A stretch of DNA of 64,000 nucleotides, taken from assembly GCF_009914755.1 (NCBI RefSeq), contig NC_060939.1; one strand, 5' to 3'. The notes under the pieces were generated by a model. The model did no database searches, was not told where the DNA came from, and saw only the letters and a program-made list of their open reading frames with translations. Both the position numbers and the translations under genes were made by a program. The stretch's first letter is position 1; every line of letters starts with the position of its first letter. This DNA is from the human T2T-CHM13v2.0 reference genome, Homo sapiens. Below are positions 12,387-23,630 of the stretch, piece after piece.

Positions 12387-13628
12387 TGTTTGTTTTAGAT
12401 TCAGGGAGAACATGTACAGGTTTGTTACCCAGCTATATTACATGATACTGAGGTTTGGGATATGAATGGTCCCACCACCCAGGTATTGAGCATGGTATCC
12501 AACAGTTTTTCAACCCTTGCCTGACTCTCTCCCGCCCTCCCCTCCTAGTATCCAGTGTCTATTGTTGCCATCTTTGTGTCCATGAGTACCCAGTGTTTAA
12601 CTCCCACATATAAGTGAGAATATGCAGCATTTAGTTTTCTGTTCCTGCATTAATTCACTTAGGATAATGGCCTCCAGGTGCATCCATGTTGCTGCAAAGG
12701 ACATGACTGCATTATTTTAATGGCTGTATAGTATTCCATGGTGTATATGTGCCATATTTTCTTATCCAGTCCAGCACTGCTGGGAATCTAGGTTGATTCC
12801 ATGTCTTTGCTATGGTGAATTAGTGCTGTGATGAACATACAAGTGCATGTGTCTTTTTGGTAGAATGATTAGTGATATTGAGCATTCTTTCATATGTTTG
12901 TTGGTGGCTTGTATATCTTCTTTTGAGAAGTGTCTGTTCATGTCTTTTGCATATTTTTAGTAAGGTTATTTGATTTTGCTTTTTCAATTGTTCAAGGTCC
13001 TTGTAGATTCTGAATATTCAATCTTTGTTGGATGCATTCTTTGCAAATATTTTCTCCCATACTGTAGGTTGTCTGTTTACTCTGTAGACAGTTTATTTTG
13101 CTATGCAGAGGCTCTTTAATTTAATTAGGTCCAAATTTGTCAATTTTTGTTTTTGTTGCGATTGCTTTTTAGGACTTACTTATAAATTCTTTCCCAAGGC
13201 CAATATCCAGAATGGTGTTTCCTAGGTTTTCTTCTAGGATTCTCATAGATGGAGGTCTTACATTTAAATATTTAATCAATCTTTATTTAATTTTTGTATA
13301 TGAGGAAAAGTAGGGATCCAGTTTCATTCTTCTGCACATGGCTAGCCAGCTATCCCAGCACCATTTACTGAATAGGAAATCCTTTCCCCATTGTTTGTTT
13401 TTGTTGACTTTGTCCAAGATTAGCGGCTATAGGTGTGCAACTTTATTGCTGGGTTCTCTATTCTGTTCCATTCGTCTATGTGTCTGTTTTTTGTGTGTTT
13501 GTTTGTTTGTTTGCCAGTACCATGCTATTTTGGTTAATGTAATCTTATAGTTAGTTTGAGGTCAGGTAATGTGATGCCTCCATCATTGTTCTTTTTGCTT
13601 AGGATTGCTTTGCCTACTCAGACTCTTT
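12387..13628 (-). mobile_element. 5'-truncated L1 (L1PA15/16-like 3'UTR plus ORF2 end) with an internal deletion
   Basis: Antisense L1 3' end 'ttttagattcaggg...catgtacaggtttgttac'. Flanking direct repeat aaacaactgaa (12370-12380 / 13632-13642). Confidence 0.92.
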
Positions 13629-13809
13629 ACAAAACAACTGAATTGGATTATAATCATCAACAAGTAGAGGCTGTAACATTTTTATATTCTGTTATTTGAT
13701 GATATCAGTAGAAGTCAAAACAGTATTAGCTGTTAGGTACAAGAATGGGTAACAGCAATCACCTACTACAAAGGTACTTGTGACAACAGTCACAAGTCAC
13801 AATTAATTA

Positions 13810-14038
13810 CTGTAATTTTGTCAAACTTTCAAAATTAGCCCAAGATGAGACCAGACTGCAGATATTTCTATATTCTTGAATTTTGCTTAAACTTGAGAAT
13901 TCATTCATATTTTTATGCCAGAAAATGGACAGGAACCTTCTCCCAATGAATAAATCAAAAGATTTAGTAATAGGAAAGAAGTAAAGACACAACACAATGG
14001 GGAAAGGATTTCCTATTCAATCAATGGTGCTCGGATAG
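13810..14038 (+). repeat. Composite templated insertion: copy 2 of the 186-bp duplication plus an inverted 45-bp L1 piece
   Basis: 13810-13995 matches 12183-12368. 13994-14038 is the reverse complement of 13350-13394 (3 mismatches). Flanked by attaattac on both sides. Confidence 0.9.
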
Positions 14039-15848
14039 TTCATTAATTACACTAATCTTGGTGTTATACTCATGGTATTTTGAGGACTACAATGGGAAAA
14101 AATGGGTTATTCCTCAAGAGCGGCAACGTCATTGATATTATAAGAGAAAACTGTCTAGTAATGGGTCAGCAAAGTAAAGGCAAAGAATGGCTTGTTTTTA
14201 TGATTACCAACATCATAAAGTGCTAGAGAGGGGTCTCACTGTAAAATTTGTTCTATAATTGTCCGGAAGCACCAGTGCACAAAGCCTTTAGTGACAAACA
14301 GAGTGAATCAGGCCAGTCTTCACAACAAAGCCATTCTAGTGAGGAGGTTTCTGGGGCTCTTTGTGAAGAACTTGAGGGCTGCTGGAGATTTAAACACAAC
14401 TTGGCATTATGGCGTTCTCTAAAGTCTCTCCCATTGTGCAAAGAATCCTAAGAAATCCTGTCTTTAAAATATTTTTCCTTCAAAGTGGGGAAAAGGCAAG
14501 CCAGGAAGGATTTAGACAATTTTTATCACATCAGAGAAGCTGACAACGAAGTGGTCTGACAAATGTTGTTACCTACTCCACTTTCCCTCTCCTAACACAT
14601 GTGGAAAGAACTTGTTGCTATATTTAACAAAGCTGGCCATCTTGCCTTCTGACTAGTAACCGTGGAATAGCCACAGCCTGACAGCTAATGATAACAAAAT
14701 GTTCCACTGTGTTCTTTTCCTCTATCAAAAAGAATGGTCCAAGACATTGCTATGCAGTATTTCCCTGTCCTTCACTCACTCCCAAGGTGTCCATCCAGCT
14801 CTGGTGAGTCTCTCCCACCTTGAGGGCATTCCCATCAAATTTTGGCAAGGGGAGTGGTAACTGTGGTATTACTACAGCTTGGGATAACTCCCTAGATGAA
14901 GAAACCTATGTTAAGACCAAATTTTACTAAAATAATCTATCCAAGTCCCCTCATCATTAGGAAGAATAGGCAATTATTAGCTTAAGTATCATCATATATT
15001 GTCATGAGAGCTTCTTTTTTATGAAAATGCTGACAAATGGTAGGCTTCTGCTAGAATATTCATCCAGCACACATGTACTCATGAATTTCAAGCACAGCAT
15101 TTCTTCCTGACGGGATGTCCTGGCTGTAGTAAACTAAGGAAAACTCAGATATTACATTTGACAGTAAAAGAATATACAGAACTCCAGTTAATTAGAGTTC
15201 TGTGAATAGTAACTCCCTGTTTAGAGAGGGAGTTACTAGGCTGTGAATAGTAACTCTCTGTTTAGAGACATTCTTTAGCTATGACTTATATAGGAATAAA
15301 ATATACATGTTTTCACTCTAATTTTTTTATGCACAGAATAGTGATTTATATAGGAAAAAGAAAAGACTCAGACAGTTGGTTTTCCTCATGGGGATATGTT
15401 TCTCAGTGGTAGGAACCAAGGACAAAGTCTTGGTCCTGAAAATGCACAGCTGCTGGCAATCTTCCAGGTTAGCCAGAGACCAGAATGACTGGGAAGGTGC
15501 CATTGATAGTGAGCAAAGGAGAAATGGTCATGAAGAGAGTGATGTGCGTTTGGAATCACCACTAGGAGGAAATTAAGAAGAATGAGGGATCCTGCGACCT
15601 GGTGGAGGCACATTTCCACACTTTGTGTTTCTTCCCAGGAACCTCTCCAGTTGTTTCTTTCTTCTTTACAAATTGCATAAGACCATGGAAATCTTGTCCC
15701 ACTCCCTACCTTCTGGAAAAAGAGGCAAGAGCATGTTTTAGAAGGAATTTTCTTCCTTATAGTTGGAAGGATGAAGATGGTGGGACAGTGGGGAAAAGCC
15801 ATCTCTGTGTTTCTACTGGTTATCACAACAAGACCAAGAATTATCCTG

Positions 15849-16262
15849 GTATATATACATATATATGTATGTATATATAACATGTATATAGTTATATATA
15901 CATACATATATATGTATATATAACATGTATATAGTTATATATACATATATGCATACATACATACACCATTATATATGTATATATGTGTATATATAGAAAT
16001 ATGTAGGTATATATGTGTCTATATACACATTTTATGTATGTGCCTATATACACATTTTATGTGTCTATATACACATTTTATATATGTGTCTATATACACA
16101 TTTTATATATGTATCTATATACACATTTTATATATGTCTATACACATTTTATATATGTGTCTATATACACATTTTATATATGTGTCTATATACACATTTT
16201 ATATATGTATATATATGTGTGTGTGTGTATGTGCACACACCTATACATACATTATATATGTA
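15849..16262. repeat. TA-rich low-complexity tract containing a ~25-bp minisatellite (atatatgtgtctatatacacatttt)n
   Basis: About 8 tandem units at ~16008-16207, preceded by two copies of tatatataacatgtatatagttatatata. Confidence 0.92.
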
Positions 16263-16329
16263 TCTCCCACTACTTATTTCCTCTCATCATTTAAGTTACC
16301 AAAACATATTGTTTCTCTTTCAAATCCAC

Positions 16330-16530
16330 CTTCTCTTTTCCATCTCCAATAACATTTCCTTATTTCATCTGCACATCATATCTCACTTGCATTACTAAAA
16401 TACTCCCCTAACTGGATTCTCTTTTGTGTCTCACCATTATAGCTTATCTTTCACACAGCTATCAAAATTGACTTTCTAAAACAAAATCTAATCATTCCAC
16501 TTCTTTACTTAAAAAGTGTTTCCCTGTTGT
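16330..16530 (+). mobile_element. L2 fragment
   Basis: 'actgg...ttcacacagct...ctttctaaaacaaaatctaatcattccac...cttaaaa' resembles the L2 3' region. Confidence 0.55.
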
Positions 16531-16534
16531 TCTG

Positions 16535-16632
16535 GGGCTTCTGATTTTTGTCTAGGATATAGCCTTGGAAATTATGCTAAAATTCAAAAATCTATAGTTA
16601 ATTCTGATACATAGCTCTACTGAGAACCACTG
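16535..16632. mobile_element. MER5-type fragment
   Basis: 'ttctgatttttgtctagg...aattctgatacatagc...tgagaaccactg'. Confidence 0.55.
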
Positions 16633-17675
16633 TATTAAAATTGTCTATGTAAAGAGTTGAAGAATAGACACATTTCTCTGATAATGTGCTCAAAATTCTT
16701 ATCAGGGAGAAACCAAGAAAATGGAACTATTTTTTGTCCTAGTGTATGTCATGTGATTATAAAAATGCCAAATTAAATAAATTCACCATGAATAACAGAA
16801 GCAGTGGTATTCTCTACCTTTTCTCTTTCAGTTTTGTATAAAAATGGGACCAGTGGTATGAAGGATTCCCCAGCACTGTTGAAATCCAGTCTGATGTTGT
16901 ATCCAAATAGAACCGATTCTCCTGCAGCAATTACATACCCTGCCTGCCAACCAGGTCTGCCAGGTCACTAGAAATCTTACCAGAACTCCTCCTTCATTAT
17001 TTGCTAAGAATATTGAGGATGGGGGAAAGAGAAAGAATAAAGGAAGGCAAAATGACCGTCTCAGGCAAGTCAGCTCTAGGAAGATTTGTTAAGTAGGAAA
17101 AACTTGTCATTATGCCCCTAACCTTTTTAAATTTTAAATTTAGAAATATTCAAATATAAACAAGAGCAAAGAAATTTAAACATGTACCCATTATCCACCT
17201 TCAAAATTATCAACATCTGCAATCTTGTTTCATCAATATTCCCCACCACACACACTCTTTTCTCCATATACACTGGATTATTTTGTAGCAAATCTAAGAC
17301 ATGGTTTTATTCACATATAAATATTATACTATGAACTTGTAAAAGACAAGAACTGTTAAAACAGAATAATAGACTTCTTGCATTTTATTACTTCTCTATT
17401 GTTCCTGTAACAAATTACCAAAAACTTACTAGCGTAAAGCAACAAAAATGTATCATTTTATAGTTCAGGAGGTCAGAAGTTGGAAATGAGTCTTAAGGAT
17501 CAAGATCTTATCTGGTCTGGTTCCTTTTCAAGGCTTCACAGGGAAGAATAAATTCCTTGCCTCTTCCTGCAAATGGCATTCCTTGGATGCTGGCTATATC
17601 ACTCAGCCTCTGCTTCTGTGGCTGTATGGTCTTTTATTCATTGACCTTGTTGGCTCCCTTTTCTAAGAACCCTTG

Positions 17676-18430
17676 TAATATGGGTTGGCTCTGTGTACCC
17701 ACCCAAACCTCATCTTGAACTGCAATCCCCACCTGTGGGAGGAGGGGTCTGATGGGAGGTGACTGAATCATGGGAGTAGACTTCCCACTTGCTGTTCTCA
17801 TGATAGTGACGGAGTTCTCATGAAATCTGGTTGTTTAAAAGTGAGCGGCACCTCCCCCTTTGCGCTCACACGCTCTCTCTCTCTCCTGCCACCATGTAAG
17901 ACATGCCTTGTGATATGGTTTGGCTCTGTGTCCCCACCCAAATCTCATCTTAAATTGGAATCCCCATAATTGCCACATGTAAAGGGAGGAACCCAGTGGG
18001 AGGTGACTGGATCATGAGGATGGTTCCCCCATACTGTTCTCGTGATAGCGAGTGAGTTCTCATGAGAACTGATGGTTTTATAAGGGGTTCTTTCCCCTTT
18101 GCTCTTCACTCTTCTCTCTCCTGCCACCTTGTGAAGGTGCCTGTTTCCCCTTCCGCCATGACTGTAAGCTTACTGAGGCCTTCCCAGCCCTGTGGAACTG
18201 TGAGTCCATTAAACTTCTTTGCTTTATAAATTACCCAGTCTTGGGTATTTCTTTATAGCAGTGTGAGAACAGACTAATACACTTTGCTTCCCCTTTGACT
18301 TCCACCATGATTGTAAGTTTCCAGAGGCCTCCTTAGCCATGTGGAACTGTGAGTCAATTAAACTTCTTTTCTTTATAAATTACCCAGTCTCACGTAGTTT
18401 TATATGTCAGTGTGAAAATGGACTAATACA
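17676..18430 (+). mobile_element. MST/THE1 MaLR LTR (outer), interrupted at 17911-18281
   Basis: taatatgggttggctctgtg ... ggactaataca. Perfect TSD ccttg (17671-17675 / 18431-18435). Confidence 0.9.
17911..18281 (+). mobile_element. THE1/MST MaLR LTR (inner)
   Basis: tgatatggtttggctctgtgtccccacccaaatctcat ... agactaataca. TSD ccttg (17906-17910) / ctttg (18282-18286). Confidence 0.92.
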
Positions 18431-19559
18431 CCTTGCAATTACATGTAGGACCTACCTGGATAAGCCAGAGTAATCCTTAACTCAATTATATCTGCCAAAT
18501 TCCTTCTGCCCATATAAGGTAATACATTTATAGGTACCAAAGACTAGGACATGGGCATCCTTGAGAGGAGGAGGCATTATTCAGCCTACCACAAACTTAA
18601 CATTTAACAATAGTTCCTTAGTGTCATTAAACATCTAGTCAGAGTTCAGATTCCCCGGATCATCTTGTAGTTTCTTCGGTTTGGTTTGGTTTTCCCCCAA
18701 TCAAAACCATTCTCTCTGAGAAAGTTCTATTAGGTCCTGGCATCCATTATGCTGTCATATAAATTAGTTTAAGGAATCAGGTGCAGTGCTACAATACAAA
18801 TTCTGACTTTAGCTTGTTCTGCCCAGAAGCCCCATTCATAGAATCCTAATGGTGCCAGTCATTTCAATCATGTCACCAAGTTGACACTGTTACTGACTAG
18901 TTTGGTCTAAATTTGCAGCTGTAACTGTTCTAGAAGGACTTATCCATTGATTTTATAGATTCGGCCTAAGTTTAGGAATTATCTTAGGTCCCAGGATAAC
19001 TCATGTGTTGCATCTTCAGAGAATCAATGAGTGGGCCCACATTATGAGAAATTCAGGCCACAATGGAATACAGGAAGCAGATATTACTTAATCTCCTTTC
19101 TCCTAAAAGTGTGTGTTGTTCCTCTGACCCATTCCCATCCATTTCTCTTCCTTCCTTTACCTCCTAAAATAAAAAGGAGATTAAGTAAGGTAACAGCAGG
19201 AAACAATACTTGGTCAGTGCTGACCTCCCTGTCTCTCTAAGTTCTCATGATCAGATGGCTGAACTCAAGGAAGGGATAGAATAGATGACAACTGTGTAAG
19301 ACAAAAAAAAAGAGTGTTCACAGCCATGTGGGAGCAGGATGAGACGACCAGGACTACAACTACTTCCATTCTGCTGACTTAAGAAAAGGAAAAATTAAGG
19401 ATAGGAATCTGATTTGAAAAGACAAGCAGAATTTGACAGCCCTGTAATGTATTGGAAGGAATGAATTATGTGTCCTGGATTTGACTGCAAACTCCACCAC
19501 TAACTAGCTGTGTGACTTGGGGCAAATCTTTAAATGTTCTAGATAGCTGATCATCTTTA

Positions 19560-19979
<420 letters not shown>

Positions 19980-19996
19980 TCATATATTTCCTAGAA

Positions 19997-21253
19997 ATTT
20001 TTTAACTTTATTTTTTTAACTTCTATTTTAGGCTTGGGGGTATATGTGAAGGTTTGTTGCATAACTAAACACATGCCATGAGGGTTTGTTGTGCATATTA
20101 TTTCATCACCCAGGTACTACACCTAGTACCCAATAGTTATTTTTTTTCTGCTCCTCTCCCTTCTCCCACCTTCCACCCTCAAGTAGACCCCAGTGTCTAT
20201 TGTTCCCTTGTTTGCATTTTTGAGTTCTTATTATTTAGCTCCCATTTATAAGTGAGAACATGCATTATTTGGCTTTCTGTTCCTGTGTCAGTTTGCTAAG
20301 GATAATGGCCTCCAGCTCCATCCATGTTCCTGCAAAAAACATGATCTCATTTTTTATGGCAGCATAGAATTCCATGGTACATATGTACCACATTTTCTTC
20401 ATCCAATCTGTCACTGATGGGCATTTAGGTTGATTCCACACATTTGCTATTGTGAATAGTGCCGCAATGAACATTCGCATGCATGTATCTTTATCGTAGA
20501 GTGATTTATATCCACCTGGGATTAATGGGATTGCTGGGTTGAATGGTAATTCTGCTTTTAGCTTTTTGAGGAATTGCCATACTACAAAGGTTGAAGTAAT
20601 TGACACTCCCACCAGCAGTGTACAAGTGTTCCTTTTCTCCTCAACCTTGCCAGCATCTGTTATTTTTTGACTTTTTAATAACCATTCCGACTGGTGTGAG
20701 ATAGTATCTCACTGTGGTTTCGATTTGCATTTCTCTAATGATTAGTGATATTGATGTTTATTAAATAGGCTTATTGGCTGGATTGTATATCTTCTTTTGA
20801 GAAGTGTCTGTTCATGTTTTTTGCCCGCTTTTTAATGGGGTTGTTTTTCTCTTTTAAATTTGTTTAAGTTCCTTATAGATTCTGGATATTAGACCTTTGT
20901 CAGATGCATAGTTTGCAAATATTTTCTTCCATTTTATAGGTTGTCTGTTTACTCTGTTGATAGTTTCTTTTGCTGTGCAGAAGCTCTTAAGTTTAATTAG
21001 ATCCCACTTGTCGACTTTTGCTTTTGTCGTGATTGCTTTTGGTGTTTTTGTCATGAAACCTTGCCTGTTCCTATGTCCAGGATGGTACTGCCTAGGTTGT
21101 CTTCCAGGGTTTTTGTAGGATTGAGTCTTACATTTAAGTCTTTAATCCACCTTGATTTTTGTGCATGGTGTAAGGAAGAGGTCTAGCTGCAATCTTTTGT
21201 GTATGGCTAGCCAGTTATCCCAACACCAAATATTGAATAGGGAGTCTTTTCCA
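19997..21253 (-). mobile_element. 5'-truncated L1 (old L1PA type)
   Basis: Minus-strand ORFs 20265-20612 and 20854-21054 translate to the L1 ORF2p C-terminus (MFIAALFTIA..WNQPKCPS; [17 protein letters not shown]). Confidence 0.95.
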
Positions 21254-23149
21254 AGTCATTCATTAAATTATATGACTTTGTATAGGACTTCAACAAGGTA
21301 GTTGACTCTAGCAAACATGCAGCCTTCCCCAAAAAGATCTACCTCAAAAGCAGGCTGGGAAACACACCGAAATATCTTAAGAGAGGTGTGTTGTTCTTCT
21401 GACCCTTCCCCACCACTTTCTTTTCTTTCCTTTACCTCAGATGCTTTAGGCACAACTAGTACATCATTGGTATAAACTAGGGCTGCAAAGACATTGTCAA
21501 TACACTCATAACAAAAACACAAATTACCAGTACTTGAGAAAATGGAGTACGATGACCCAATAAGAACTCATTCACATTCTCCTATTTGGTAACTGTGAAT
21601 TTGTTTAAATGAGAGAAGAATAGAAATGGAAACACTCTGTTTAAGGCAATGTCTGTCTTTTATGATCCGAGAGAAACATTAAAAATAGAAATGTTTGTGT
21701 TCCTGCCAATCATCTCAACAAAGTGGATTGGCACCATATGAACAAAGGGAAGGGTTGATTGGCATTAGTGGTACTCACTTGGGCAATGCAGGTACAATAC
21801 AATAAGAACACAGGAATACAATAAGAACTCAGGAAGACAAGTAAACTTCACTGACAGCACCTGAACAATGGGTAGATAGGTTATTAGCTAGGGGGATCAG
21901 TAGGAAAGTAAAACTTAATACAATTATTTTAAAATCATTCAGGGCTGACATAAATAGCCTCTCTGCTTTTCATGGTATAGTACGTGCATTGTGCTCTACG
22001 TGAAATAAGATCAGATGGTTATTGAAAACATGCGAATCCCTCACAATGTGGTTAGACTAACATATGGTTTCAATAACTAAGTAGTATTTGTTTAACATAC
22101 AGTGACTTTATTATTAAATGTGGTATGATTATTTAATTTAAATGTCAAATATTGAAACCAGCCCGGCTAAAGATTAACAGCTAATATCTACTTAATGTTA
22201 AATATTCAATGAATGCTTTTTAATGTGAAGTCACGAATTAACTATTTCAGTCCTGGAGCTTTTCTTCCAATTTACCTTATTATCTTACAATCCCTATGTG
22301 TTAAAAACCTTAGAATCACCAATCCTTAGTATTCCAATGTCCTTACAGAGCTTTCAATTTGTGCCATCTTCCTTGTCTGTATATGAGGAACAGGAGGAGG
22401 CCAAGAAGAGTGAGACAACTTATTAGAGATTTTGTTCACAGTTTTCTACTTTCCAGTTTAGCACTTTTCATGATACCATATTGCTTTTCTTATGGAAGGA
22501 TTACATGAGGATCAGTGGCCTAACATTTCTGAACTAGATTTCTATATGAGGGCAGAGACTATATTTTACTGATGCCTATCCCCAAGACGAGTATGGGGCC
22601 AGTACAGATAAATTTTTCCTTCTTTATCTATATTCTCCTGTTTACCCCTCCCTGCCAATATTTCCTCATGGTGGATTCAGCAGCTCTTTGCCAACTCAAT
22701 GCTCAGGATATGAATTCCATTCTGTGGCTTTAATGCTAAAGAAGAAAATTCTTACATTCAGCCCTCATGTTATCTGCTGGAAGAATGGAACTTAATCCAA
22801 CTGTCTTGCAGAAGAAGAATGACGGTAAGTCTTGAAAAGTTAAAGTGAGAAGCAAAATCACAGCAGGAGGAGCCATGAGTTATCAACTAATAGCAAGTCA
22901 GGATCAAGCAGGAAAGGTTTTATGTATCTAGGCGTGACTGATTTCTGTCAACCAGGCCAAAGGTGGAGGGGCCCACTAAAACTTGAACTGAACCAGATAT
23001 CTGAAGAATCTGGTAAGTGTTCCATAAATATGAGTCCCCCCCAACTTTCCTCTCTCACTCTTAACCCTCTTTGCTAAATTGGCTGTAGGAATGAGGCTGG
23101 CTCAACCATTTTTGGATTGAGTAACCAGAATGGTGACATATCAATGGTT

Positions 23150-23231
23150 CATTGAGTCATATGAAGAATATATGAAATAACTGGCTGGTTTTTGCCTGAA
23201 GAAAAGAATAATTGGTCAAGTATGCCTGTGC

Positions 23232-23274
<43 letters not shown>

Positions 23275-23630
23275 CAGGGGCAGGAGGTGGAAAGGGAGCA
23301 GAAGAGTTGACAGGAAGTGGGGCATGCTATGTTAAAACTATCTTTACATATTTTCTGTTATGTGGGAGTAGAAACAGGGTATTTCTGTGTAGCTCCAAGT
23401 AGATGAATTAGTCCCAACAATAAGAAATACAGGGAAGCTGATTTCTGCTGATGTTAAGAAACATCTTTTCAGCAACCAGAGTTGCCCAGTGGTAGAATGA
23501 CGGAACCAGCCAAAGTCATGAGCTCCTGGTCTTTGAGAATGTTTGAACAAAATAGACTGAATGGCACAGGGAAGCCCTTCAGTGAAGCGAACTCCGAAGT
23601 CTTTTCTGTTTAACTCAGCATTCTGTAGAA
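23150..23630 (+). mobile_element. CR1/L3 LINE 3' fragment with an internal (TG)n
   Basis: 'gcctgaagaaaagaa...tgtgtagctcca...gggaagctgatttctgctgatgttaagaaac...aactcagcattctgt'. Confidence 0.6.
23235..23272. repeat. (TG)n microsatellite
   Basis: About 18 TG units. Confidence 0.95.

Larger units (their letters stand above)
17380..18593 (-). mobile_element. MLT1 (MaLR) LTR, interrupted at 17676-18430
   Basis: 'tgtaacaaattacca...ggaggtcagaagt' at the start and 'ggcattattcagcctaccaca' at the end. Confidence 0.8.
17120..18680 (-). mobile_element. Old L1M (L1MC/ME-like) 3' fragment, split by a nested LTR stack
   Basis: L1M-like text at 17120-17375 resumes at 18594-18680 ('catttaacaatagttccttagtgtcattaaacatctagtcag'). 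Confidence 0.55.

Noticed and set aside
12096-13995. Two near-identical ORFs (YFFPITKSFDLFIGRRFLS...) suggesting a duplicated gene
   Set aside because: By-product of the 186-bp non-coding duplication; no splice or coding evidence
15386-16398. ORFs rich in Y/I/H/C/M repeats
   Set aside because: Translations of the TA-rich minisatellite
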